Positions 22,683-31,107 of a stretch of 64,000 nt of DNA are shown piece by piece; the stretch's first letter is position 1; the number at the start of each line of letters is the position of its first letter. Origin of the DNA: a virus. The notes under the pieces are model-generated. The model had not been told where the DNA came from and did no database searches. It saw only the letters and a program-made list of their open reading frames with translations. Location: the IMG/VR virus record IMGVR_UViG_3300043410_001708, positions 32,001-96,000 of that record. One strand, 5' to 3'. The position numbers and the translations under genes were made by a program.

Positions 22683-23216
22683 TTATTTTTTGAATCCTTG
22701 AAAAAATAATTCGGGAGTATCATTTGTTTCAAACTTATAAGAATGAAACATACTATCTATATCAAAGTTAGTACGAAAATCTTCTTCTGTAAGATTCTTG
22801 TAATATTCCCAACCTTTACCGACAGTCAGTGGACTATCTTCTGGTTTTGCATTTGATGTACCATGTTCAGGTGCACCAGTTGTCGGTACAGTAATGAAAA
22901 CTAATCCGTCTTTTTTGGTCATGCGATACATGTTTTGAAATGTTTCAACCCAAAATGGATTGTGTTCAAAACAATTACATGAACCTGTTGTATCGTATGT
23001 GCCGTCTGAATGGTCAACTAATTGACCCTCGCAAACTAAATCAACACTAGGTCCTTCAGCAACATCAACGCCAGTATAATCACAGTCTTTAAAATGACTT
23101 CTCATAGTACCATTGATATCTAAACTACCAACTTCTAAAACTTTTGCGTTATTGAAGTTTTGTGGAAATTGTTTTGACAAATTTCTAACATATTCTTGTT
23201 GTGCTGGATGTGACAT
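22683..23216 (-). CDS. class I SAM-dependent methyltransferase
   Basis: VLEVGS..YTGVD..VDLV..FEH..FITVP. Confidence 0.8.
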   Translation of the reverse strand: MSHPAQQEYVRNLSKQFPQNFNNAKVLEVGSLDINGTMRSHFKDCDYTGVDVAEGPSVDLVCEGQLVDHSDGTYDTTGSCNCFEHNPFWVETFQNMYRMTKKDGLVFITVPTTGAPEHGTSNAKPEDSPLTVGKGWEYYKNLTEEDFRTNFDIDSMFHSYKFETNDTPELFFQGFKK

Positions 23217-23219
23217 AAT

Positions 23220-23726
23220 TTATTTCTTCCATAATATTGGTGACTCAATAATTGGTGCAGACGGGTTAACAAAATCATCAAATGTTTCCCACAAATGTTC
23301 TGATATTGCAAACTTTGTAATCAATCCTGGTTCACGGCCATAGGCATCTATCTCCCATGGTTGAATCCAATAATCAATTTTGTCTGGATCAATTCTCTTT
23401 CCTCTCCATCGGGTCAATTCATCGTTAGTTTCACCTTCAATGTATTGTTTCACATGAACCATTTCATGTGCCAATGTTTCTAAAATCTTCCTAGAACCAA
23501 TATGTGGATGAATCTCTATCAAAAATTTTCGAGGTTGATTTCGTGTATTGTAATCTTCAATACTAGCAAAACCATATTCATCTATTTTGGTACTAAAAAG
23601 GATTTGTGTGGTGCAATTGTTTCTTATTCGTGTATTGGGTATCAATTCTTTAGCATAAAAATGGGCGGCTCTTTCAACAAAGGGCTTAAAATCTTTATCC
23701 GGACAGTTAACCACACGAATAATCAT
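23220..23726 (-). CDS. putative zinc metallopeptidase-like phage protein
   Basis: LAHEMVHVKQY and PWEIDAY. Confidence 0.75.
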   Translation of the reverse strand: MIIRVVNCPDKDFKPFVERAAHFYAKELIPNTRIRNNCTTQILFSTKIDEYGFASIEDYNTRNQPRKFLIEIHPHIGSRKILETLAHEMVHVKQYIEGETNDELTRWRGKRIDPDKIDYWIQPWEIDAYGREPGLITKFAISEHLWETFDDFVNPSAPIIESPILWKK

Positions 23727-23769
23727 CCTAGTCTCCTAAGGGCAACATTACCCTTAGTTATTTAGATGA

Positions 23770-24222
23770 TTAGATTTTTTCTACTAAAACTTTTGCCTTT
23801 TGTAAAAACTTAATACCATCATCACTCCGATAAGAGTTCCGATATAGAATGTGGTTAATACCACTTTGGTATATAAGTTTGGCACAGTCCAAACATGGAG
23901 CATGGGTAATAAACATAGTAGCACCCATACCAGATTCGTTAGACTTAGCCAACTTGGCAATGGCGTTAGTTTCTGCATGTAATACCTCCGGGCGTGTAAC
24001 TAAAATATCTTTCTTTTCTACAGGCTGGCATGTTTCAGGATCCATTACATACGGATGCGTTTCACAGTTATTGTCCCAACCAGCCGGCATACCATTGTAG
24101 CCAATAGAAATAATCCTATCTTCTTTGACTACAATGGCACCTACATGAAGTCTACGTGCTGAGGATAATTCTGCGAACACCTCAGCAGTTTTCATATACG
24201 CATCACGAAATTTTTGTTTCAC
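23770..24222 (-). CDS. cd: dCMP deaminase
   Basis: GYNG, HAETNA, PCLDC. Confidence 0.9.
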   Translation of the reverse strand: MKQKFRDAYMKTAEVFAELSSARRLHVGAIVVKEDRIISIGYNGMPAGWDNNCETHPYVMDPETCQPVEKKDILVTRPEVLHAETNAIAKLAKSNESGMGATMFITHAPCLDCAKLIYQSGINHILYRNSYRSDDGIKFLQKAKVLVEKI

Positions 24223-24353
24223 AGGACCTCGTAATCTTCTTTACCGCAGCCACATTCAGGACAAGTAAAGTCATCAGGTAATGTATTCCATGCACCCTCT
24301 GTTGCTTCATCATGTTCATGTCCACAAACTACACATACGTGTACTTCACTCAT
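24219..24353 (-). CDS. rubredoxin (44 aa), missed by the ORF track
   Basis: MSEVHVCVVCGHEHDEATEGAWNTLPDDFTCPECGCGKEDYEVL; two CxxCG motifs. Confidence 0.9.
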   Translation of the reverse strand: MSEVHVCVVCGHEHDEATEGAWNTLPDDFTCPECGCGKEDYEVL

Positions 24354-24802
24354 TATAGTTCTCCTAATTTTTGTTGATATGCAGCTGCATGACGTTTTTC
24401 AATTTTGGATAATGCAGCAAAACGTTTTTCTGCCTTACGTAGGATATCAGAAAATTGTTCTGCGTGTATTTTTGATTCTTCAATTTGATGGCGAGCTTCC
24501 AATGAGGCAGATAAATTGCCTTCTGTTTTTGCATCAATTTCAAATTGTGGATACATTGTAGTGAATTCGTATGTCTCACCTTCAATGGCTTTCTCCAAAC
24601 ATTCTTTAGTTGATGGTTTACCAATTAACAATTCCAAATGACCCCATGCATGAAGTAACTCTTGGTCTGCTGTATGTTCAAAGTGTTTTGCAACATCTTC
24701 AAAACCTTCTTCTCGAGCAATCTTCGCAAAGTAACGATATTTGATATGTGCTTGACTTTCTCCAGCCAAGGCACTCTCAAGGTTTTTAATTGTAATTGAC
24801 AT
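24353..24802 (-). CDS. rubrerythrin family protein
   Basis: NLESALAGESQA..YFAKIAREEG..E..HA..EGETYE..MYP; start reassigned. Confidence 0.9.
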   Translation of the reverse strand: MSITIKNLESALAGESQAHIKYRYFAKIAREEGFEDVAKHFEHTADQELLHAWGHLELLIGKPSTKECLEKAIEGETYEFTTMYPQFEIDAKTEGNLSASLEARHQIEESKIHAEQFSDILRKAEKRFAALSKIEKRHAAAYQQKLGEL

Positions 24803-24820
24803 AATACTCCTTAATAAAAA

Positions 24821-24895
24821 TGGTGGGCCCACTAGGAATTGAACCTAGACTCAATGAATTATGAGTTCACTGCTTTACCATTAAGCTATAGGCCC
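24821..24895 (-). tRNA. tRNA with CAT anticodon, probably Ile2 (lysidine type)
   Basis: GGGCCTA acceptor, loop CTCATAA. Confidence 0.8.
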
Positions 24896-25077
24896 TATTT
24901 GATATATTCTAACGAATCTTTTCTCATTAATTTAGGTGTTTCCCTAATACCAATGTTTTTAATTACGTAAACGAAAGTAACACCATCAATTTCTTTAGTC
25001 TCTGGTGAACAGACGTAGTAATTCTCCATCGTGGTTTTTACACGAACTTTTTTGATGTATTGTTTTTCAGTTTTCAT
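24895..25077 (-). CDS. hypothetical protein, probably leaderless
   Basis: ATG lies 6 nt after the TATAAT of a TTGACA-17-TATAAT promoter. Confidence 0.6.
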   Translation of the reverse strand: MKTEKQYIKKVRVKTTMENYYVCSPETKEIDGVTFVYVIKNIGIRETPKLMRKDSLEYIK

Positions 25078-25083
25078 AATACT

Positions 25084-25121
25084 ATTATAAAGGTAAAAAA
25101 AGAGGTTGTCAAGCAACCTCT
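25084..25121 (-). terminator. hsp20 terminator overlapping a sigma70 promoter
   Basis: AGAGGTTG-CTTGA-CAACCTCT followed by a T run; contains TTGACA-17-TATAAT. Confidence 0.7.
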
Positions 25122-25189
25122 TTACTATTACCGGAACTTTTCAGGATAATTTAGTCGTTCCCACTCCTCATCGGAGACAGGCCACCAAT

Positions 25190-25636
25190 TCATTCTTTTT
25201 CCTTAATAGCAATTTTCTTAATGGCGTCTTGTGTTTTGACCATATTTTCTAGCCAAATTTTAAGCATACCATTCATTAGTTCCGCATCTTTGATTTCTAC
25301 TTTATCTGCGAGAGTAAAGGTACGTTCAAATGCACGGTTGGCAATGCCTTTGTACAGATAATCTTCAGATTCATCATCTTTAGATGCAGCTTTAATTACA
25401 AGTTTGTTTCCTTCCAAAGTCATTTCAATATCAGACTTAGCAAAACCAGCAACAGCCATTTCAATGACGTACTTGTTTTCTTTTACCTGTTTGATGTTGT
25501 ATGGAGGATAAGATACGGCTTTAGTTGCAGCCGTTGCAGCTTCACGCATAAGTTCCAATGTATCATTGAATCCTACTGTGAATGGTTGAATTTTACCAAA
25601 ATCAGAACCGAAAAAATCTTTCATAAGATTTGTCAT
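25190..25636 (-). CDS. small heat shock protein Hsp20
   Basis: YPPYNI, EMAVAGF, YKGIANRAFERTFTL, NGMLKI. Confidence 0.95.
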   Translation of the reverse strand: MTNLMKDFFGSDFGKIQPFTVGFNDTLELMREAATAATKAVSYPPYNIKQVKENKYVIEMAVAGFAKSDIEMTLEGNKLVIKAASKDDESEDYLYKGIANRAFERTFTLADKVEIKDAELMNGMLKIWLENMVKTQDAIKKIAIKEKE

Positions 25637-25664
25637 GTGTTTCTCCTAAAAGCGAGATTAAAAA

Positions 25665-25817
25665 ATTGATACCCCGAAGGCGTATCGGTTGAGTTACTGG
25701 TTACGGGATCCAGTGTCACCCTATCGTTGTGACCGCTTTAAACGCTCCTAAGGTAGGTGGAGCACCTTCTTCCCATCCCTGGGAACTTATTATATCAGTA
25801 TTTATACTAGTTGTCAA
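25665..25817 (-). promoter_or_regulatory. nested sigma70/late promoter and structured hsp20 leader
   Basis: TTGACA-17-TATAAT with TATAAATA in the spacer, followed by five hairpins. Confidence 0.65.
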
Positions 25818-26221
25818 GAACCGTTCGGTTTTTTACCAATATTATACTTTGGTGTAAGTTGCCAGTCATTCTTTTCCTTGTGTGACAATATTTTAATCTG
25901 TGACAAGAAAATAGGTGCTGGCACCTCAGTTTGTTTTTTGTTGACCAACTTTACTAAACCCCAATCTTCCAATAGGTTTGCAATAGCATTCCTACGTGAT
26001 AGGTCATTTTCGGTAATGTCGGTTGGTTTACCATCTAAGGCAAATAGTTCTTTGAAATGTACCACATAGTATTGTCCACGTTTGTGGAGAATGTGGCAAG
26101 ATTGGTATAATGTTTGGTCTTTCTTTGAGGCAACACCGATACGGGTCAGTGTTTCACGTACCTTTAGAAAATCATCTTTGTCATCCAATGTCACTTCAAC
26201 TAAGTCTTTAATGTCTATCAT
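25814..26221 (-). CDS. regA: RegA translational repressor
   Basis: DFLKVRETLTRIGVAS..LYQSCHILHK..VHFKELFALDG. Confidence 0.97.
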   Translation of the reverse strand: MIDIKDLVEVTLDDKDDFLKVRETLTRIGVASKKDQTLYQSCHILHKRGQYYVVHFKELFALDGKPTDITENDLSRRNAIANLLEDWGLVKLVNKKQTEVPAPIFLSQIKILSHKEKNDWQLTPKYNIGKKPNGS

Positions 26222-26597
26222 TATTCTTCACTCCGCCTGTATCTATTTTTGTTTTTATATCAGCGATTTGTTCATCGGTGAGGATACGTAGGGCTTCTTT
26301 AGCCTTGGAGTTTGAATACCCAAAATAGGTTTTCACACATTCAATATCCTTCTCAGAATCAGCTTTTTGCCATGGAACGAATTTACGTTTCATAGGCCTG
26401 ATACTATTTAGAAGATACTGGTATTGCATGTCCTTATCGATTCCAGGCCACAGGTTCATGTCATTGGCGTACAAGACACAATCTAAATGGTTGGACAACG
26501 ACCTATTGATTAGGAAAGGTGCATAATCTTTGAAGTCCAATTCACCATCCGGCACCTTCTTTCTCAGGATGTAATCGGCATAATCGAACGGACTCAT
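26208..26597 (-). CDS. 62: clamp loader small subunit gp62
   Basis: YAPFLINRSLS..ANDMN; synteny. Confidence 0.9.
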   Translation of the reverse strand: MSPFDYADYILRKKVPDGELDFKDYAPFLINRSLSNHLDCVLYANDMNLWPGIDKDMQYQYLLNSIRPMKRKFVPWQKADSEKDIECVKTYFGYSNSKAKEALRILTDEQIADIKTKIDTGGVKNNDRH

Positions 26598-27526
26598 TTG
26601 AATTCACATTCGACCATAATTTCTGTCAGACAGGCAATCAAATTGATTTCATGGTCTGCAACAAAGGCTGATTGATACTGATACTTGGCCAAGATTAACA
26701 CCATTTGTGGTACAGAATTTGGTTTCAACTTTTCATACAGACCATCATAGATGTTTCTAAAGATTCTGGTGATATCATTGTCAAGGTTGTTTGTAACCCA
26801 TTTACGACAAGAAGCAAAGTCCTTGTTCATAAGTGAAGTCACCAACTCATTTAGTTGCACATCGGAAACTGATGCAAGAATACCTTTGTCAATTGTGCCG
26901 CTAACACTATAACGCTGAAGCTCGTTAAGAACACGGCGATTATCAGGAAAATGTTTCGTGATAACGGCAGCAACCACTTGCTTATCATATGTAACTCCTT
27001 CTTGTTCAAGAATCCACTCAACACGTTTGAAGAAGGCAGCTGCCATCTTTTGTTTACTGCCATTGATTTTGAAGTCAACAACGGTACAACGGGAATGAAT
27101 TGGGTCAATGATTCTGTTCTTAAAGTTACATGTGAAGATGAAAGAACAGTTGGATGCAAACTCCTCAATCGCACCACGCATGGCAGGTTGAGTTGAATTT
27201 GGATTTAGATAGTCTGCTTCATCAATGATAACGACCTTGCGTCCACCAGACAAGGACATTGACGATGCATAGTTTTTGATTTTGTTCCGTAGAACATCGA
27301 TACCCGATTCGTCTGAACCGTTAATCATAATGTAATCACAACCGACTTCTTCACAGAGAGCCTTTGCAATTGTAGTTTTACCAACACCAGCAGAACCAGA
27401 CAACAAGAGGTTGGGAATCTCTTTGCGGTTTACATATTCCTGAAATGTTGCTTTGATACCATCAGGAAGAATACAATCTTCGATGGTTTTAGGACGGTAC
27501 TTCTCCACCCATAAAATGTGTGACAT
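26594..27526 (-). CDS. 44: clamp loader large subunit gp44
   Basis: WVEKYRP, GVGKTT, DEAD, SRC. Confidence 0.97.
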   Translation of the reverse strand: MSHILWVEKYRPKTIEDCILPDGIKATFQEYVNRKEIPNLLLSGSAGVGKTTIAKALCEEVGCDYIMINGSDESGIDVLRNKIKNYASSMSLSGGRKVVIIDEADYLNPNSTQPAMRGAIEEFASNCSFIFTCNFKNRIIDPIHSRCTVVDFKINGSKQKMAAAFFKRVEWILEQEGVTYDKQVVAAVITKHFPDNRRVLNELQRYSVSGTIDKGILASVSDVQLNELVTSLMNKDFASCRKWVTNNLDNDITRIFRNIYDGLYEKLKPNSVPQMVLILAKYQYQSAFVADHEINLIACLTEIMVECEFK

Positions 27527-27546
27527 TCAAATTCTCCATAATATAA

Positions 27547-27882
27547 TTAAATTTCGTCATGCCATTTAAAGCCAAGCAGTAACTTAGCAAAAAATCTTAT
27601 GACTGCATTTGGCTTAGTGGGTCTATACACAAACACCTTGTGTGTGATTTCCCATTTGCCAACATACTTTTCACTGGGTTTTATAACAAACTCGGATGTT
27701 GGTGGTTGTGTCCATGCAAATGAACCTGTGCCACCATTACTAATCAAGTAATTGCCACTGGTAACAGTACTCCATTGTCTCTTTCGCCACTCAGCAATCC
27801 ATTGTTCACTTGGAGTAAAATCCAAGTCTAAAGTTTTTTGCTCAGTCAATGGAAAGAAAAATTCAATTTCAAGTTGTTGCAT
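27547..27882 (-). CDS. hypothetical protein
   Basis: ORF in operon. Confidence 0.6.
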   Translation of the reverse strand: MQQLEIEFFFPLTEQKTLDLDFTPSEQWIAEWRKRQWSTVTSGNYLISNGGTGSFAWTQPPTSEFVIKPSEKYVGKWEITHKVFVYRPTKPNAVIRFFAKLLLGFKWHDEI

Positions 27883-28069
27883 TTGGAAATGGCCAGTTCA
27901 ATTCTTGTTTGATTTCTTCGATACGATTTTGTAACACAGAAATTGCTGTGTTAAAATGTCCAGTACCTTCTTCATTCGGATTGAATCTAGTTTTTAGAAC
28001 CTGAATTTCTTTTTCCAAAACAGCAACATATTGTTCTCTATCAAACCATGTTCGTATTTCACCCATCAT
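27869..28069 (-). CDS. hypothetical protein
   Basis: ORF in operon. Confidence 0.6.
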   Translation of the reverse strand: MMGEIRTWFDREQYVAVLEKEIQVLKTRFNPNEEGTGHFNTAISVLQNRIEEIKQELNWPFPNATT

Positions 28070-28341
28070 TTCACCTCATTCATACTTTCAAATAAAGCTT
28101 CAAACTCTTTTGACTCAGCAACCTCAGTCTGAAATGAATTTTTAAATTGTGTCTTTGCCATCCGTTTAACAATCTTTTTAGGGATTTTTAATTCATCATT
28201 CGTAATGTCCACAATATCTTTAATAGCATCATTGTTGGCTTGATTTCTCTGCATATGCAACACAATCTCGTCAACATAACCTTTTAGTTTTTTTAATTGG
28301 TCTTCATCAAAAGAACCAAATAGTGTATTTACTTTAGTCAT
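28066..28341 (-). CDS. T4 DsbA-like dsDNA-binding protein
   Basis: helical 91 aa, IKDI..DELKIPKK..E.EALFE pattern. Confidence 0.65.
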   Translation of the reverse strand: MTKVNTLFGSFDEDQLKKLKGYVDEIVLHMQRNQANNDAIKDIVDITNDELKIPKKIVKRMAKTQFKNSFQTEVAESKEFEALFESMNEVK

Positions 28342-28529
28342 TATGTCATCATCCCAACAACTTCAAAATCAGTTTCTTCAACAATAATATTACCATTGAT
28401 TAAATTGATTGCCGTTTTACCGTTTTGTTCACCATCTGAAATTGTGAATACTGCCACAATATGTCTTGGGTTAACTGCAATTTTGTTTGACGATCCAATT
28501 TCTGTAATCCATATCATATTATTCTCCAA
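28341..28529 (-). CDS. hypothetical protein, FlbD-like
   Basis: MIWITE..IAVNPRHI..T.I.L.NG..IVEET..EVV resembles the FlbD family. Confidence 0.45.
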   Translation of the reverse strand: MENNMIWITEIGSSNKIAVNPRHIVAVFTISDGEQNGKTAINLINGNIIVEETDFEVVGMMT

Positions 28530-29196
28530 AACTTAAATCGGATTCTTTTGCTTCGATGGCGATCCAGTATTCCATATCTTCTTTGGTGTTCTTGAAGTAT
28601 GACAAACCTTTAGATGAAATTTGTACTTCATAAGAACCGGAAATCATTTTGAAGTTTTCTGTCAAAAACAATGCCTTAAACTTCTTGCCGTTGCCATCAG
28701 CAATCTCTGTTGAATCTGTATGTGCTGAATTGTCTTTTGCATCACAGGTTGTGATAGAAATCTTTTCACCATCAGACATGATGGCAATGTTAGGTGATTG
28801 TAGAATGCTTGCAGTCTTTAGGATAGAAGCAAGTTCTTCTTCTTTCAATGTGAAAGATACATCGACAGAAGGCAAGGTCAACTCTTTATCTGGTGGAGTT
28901 ACAATCATGCTTTTTGCAGTCTTGCGATAGTTTAGTTTTTTACGACCAACTTTGAAGATAACGTGTTTGTCATCAAAATCAATTTCACCATCTTTGTACA
29001 ATGATTGTACAGATAGAAACTGGTTCAAGTCATAGATGCAGAAATCCTGTGGGAAATCATCTTTAACTCCGGCTTTTGCCAGTACAGTCTTTGTTGCGGA
29101 AATAGTTGTCAATTTCTTACCAGTCTTAAACTCAATGCCAGGATTTATGTTGGCAAAGTTTTTAAGAACCGTTAAGGTCTCATTAGATAATTTCAT
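28519..29196 (-). CDS. 45: sliding clamp gp45
   Basis: MKLSNETLTVLKNFANIN..IYDLNQFL..YWIAIE. Confidence 0.95.
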   Translation of the reverse strand: MKLSNETLTVLKNFANINPGIEFKTGKKLTTISATKTVLAKAGVKDDFPQDFCIYDLNQFLSVQSLYKDGEIDFDDKHVIFKVGRKKLNYRKTAKSMIVTPPDKELTLPSVDVSFTLKEEELASILKTASILQSPNIAIMSDGEKISITTCDAKDNSAHTDSTEIADGNGKKFKALFLTENFKMISGSYEVQISSKGLSYFKNTKEDMEYWIAIEAKESDLSFGE

Positions 29197-29858
29197 TACG
29201 ATACTCCTTGTTTCAATTCACTCATTATACCTGGACCATAAGAGGTTGTCAAGCATTTAATCAATTTGTTCTTTAAGTCTTCCAAAGAACCTTGGTTGTC
29301 AATGTTGTGGTCAACATAACCACCAATCCATCGCCATTCAGATTCGTGTACACCGGATTGTTTCAGCATAAATTCTTCTGCTTTCCAGTCACCACGATTA
29401 GCTTTGGCTGCAATCTCATACCAATGTGGTGTTGTACCACGTTCTATTTCTATGAGAATACCTTTATTACCATGAACAAATTCAATTTCATTTTGAAAAC
29501 GAACATCGGTTATAACATAATTTTGATTTGGATTATTTTGTATATAATTCTTTAATTTGATGATCCAAAAGTCTGAATGAAAAACATCACGTCCAACTTC
29601 TGTACCCATTAATTGTAATGCAAGTCTTGGTGTAAACTCACGTCCAAATTCTTCTGACCAAAACTTATCTGGTTGTTCACGCCACTGCCTAGATTGTTCT
29701 GTGTCACCTTCCAATAAATGTCGTGGCCAACCAAACATTTCTGCGGCAACATCTTTAACACCTTTAGCAAAACTGACAGGAGTAAAACCAAGGTCTTTAA
29801 GAATGTCACCGGCAGTACCTTTACCTGAACCAATGAATCCAAGTAAACCAACAATCAT
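29196..29858 (-). CDS. deoxynucleoside monophosphate kinase (gp1-like)
   Basis: GFIGSGKGT, SFA, PRLALQLMGTEVGR, ITDVRFQNE, HESE. Confidence 0.9.
   Translation of the reverse strand: MIVGLLGFIGSGKGTAGDILKDLGFTPVSFAKGVKDVAAEMFGWPRHLLEGDTEQSRQWREQPDKFWSEEFGREFTPRLALQLMGTEVGRDVFHSDFWIIKLKNYIQNNPNQNYVITDVRFQNEIEFVHGNKGILIEIERGTTPHWYEIAAKANRGDWKAEEFMLKQSGVHESEWRWIGGYVDHNIDNQGSLEDLKNKLIKCLTTSYGPGIMSELKQGVS
29224..29252 (-). promoter_or_regulatory. sigma70 promoter for gene 45, inside the kinase 3' end
   Basis: TTGACA-17-TATAAT. Confidence 0.7.
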
Positions 29859-30676
29859 TACATTTCTCCAACATAATTTGCTACAGCTGGCATATCACCT
29901 TTGAAGTGATAAGTACCAATGTGGTCTGTTCGCATCCAAGGACACAACCAAATTGAACCACCAATTTTACGCCACAACTGACAGAACATATAATCTTCTG
30001 ACAAATAACGGTCAGAACCACCGCCTGTAGGCGAATCAACAGTGTCAATCAATGTGTCAAAGAAAGCATGAATATAACGTGTGCCATCAAAGTGTGCTTG
30101 GCCAACATGGTCAGGTTTGTAACGAAGATGTGGAAATGCTTGTGCAAATTTAGGAAACACTTCACGTTTAACCATCATAAAACCAGTACCAATTTCCAAC
30201 ACTTCAAGTGGATCGGCAACGCTGAACTTATCTGTGCCTCTAACTGGATTGAAAACATAATCACCAGTAACTTTCTCTAAATCACCAGCTTGCATATCTG
30301 GATTTTTCTCTAGAGCTTTCTTAACTGAGGACCATTTGATGGCTTTCTTAGGATAAGGGCCGCCGATAACATCTTTATCTAAGGCCAATAAAGCAATAAC
30401 ATCTTGTGGATTGAAGTGAATATCAGCATCAATAAACAACATGTGTGTGCAATCAGAACGATGCAAGAATTCATCAACAAGATAATTTCTAGCACGGGTA
30501 ATCAAAGATTCATTGAAAAGAAATGAGAATTTCACTTGAACACCATACTGCATACAGATGGCTTGTAAATCGAGACATGCTTTAGCATAGAGTCCATGAT
30601 TCATACCACCATACATTGGTGTTGCAACGAAAATGCTTTTCTTTGCTAATTCTTCTTTTTTAATTGAAATTTCCAT
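29858..30676 (-). CDS. GT-A-fold glycosyltransferase-like protein
   Basis: ATPMYGG, ESLITRARN, FIDADI, GTGFM, LSEDYMFC. Confidence 0.7.
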   Translation of the reverse strand: MEISIKKEELAKKSIFVATPMYGGMNHGLYAKACLDLQAICMQYGVQVKFSFLFNESLITRARNYLVDEFLHRSDCTHMLFIDADIHFNPQDVIALLALDKDVIGGPYPKKAIKWSSVKKALEKNPDMQAGDLEKVTGDYVFNPVRGTDKFSVADPLEVLEIGTGFMMVKREVFPKFAQAFPHLRYKPDHVGQAHFDGTRYIHAFFDTLIDTVDSPTGGGSDRYLSEDYMFCQLWRKIGGSIWLCPWMRTDHIGTYHFKGDMPAVANYVGEM

Positions 30677-30692
30677 TTTCTCTCCAAAAATA

Positions 30693-30720
30693 AAAATGGG
30701 GATCCGGTGAACGGACCCCC
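30693..30720 (-). terminator. intrinsic terminator
   Basis: GGGGTCCG-TTCAC-CGGATCCC hairpin followed by CATTTT. Confidence 0.6.
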
Positions 30721-30731
30721 AAATTGCTTAA

Positions 30732-31001
30732 TTAAGCGCTGAAGCTGTAGCCAGCTTTAAGTGCGGTACGAACCATTGCTTTAGTTGGTGTACCCAAACG
30801 GTATACAGATACCTTAGAACCATCACCACGGGTCTTGGTGTTAGTGTAGATGACATGGCCTTCTTGGCGCAATTCATCAATACGAGCGGCAACATTTTGG
30901 ATGCCGAAACGAGCACGAGCCTGTGCGGTTGAAAGGGTGTTGTAGCCTTCAGACTTGCTCAAATATTTGAGAATCTTTTCTTTGGCGGATAGTTTAGTCA
31001 T
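30732..31001 (-). CDS. winged-helix DNA-binding protein
   Basis: ARARFGIQNVAARIDELRQEGHVI..YRLG; own TTGACA-17-TATAAT promoter at 31058-31086. Confidence 0.8.
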   Translation of the reverse strand: MTKLSAKEKILKYLSKSEGYNTLSTAQARARFGIQNVAARIDELRQEGHVIYTNTKTRGDGSKVSVYRLGTPTKAMVRTALKAGYSFSA

Positions 31002-31107
31002 AATAATCTCCTAATGACAAAGTTAAAACAAAAGTCTTGCGTTTTGCAAGTATTCACATTATACTATTACTTAGTGTGTGTGTCAAGTATATTGGCGGTA
31101 TACTTTT

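Noticed and set aside
14461-24895. Stop-codon reassignment or a suppressor tRNA
   Set aside because: No CTA, TTA or TCA anticodon was found, and core genes translate at full length in the standard code.
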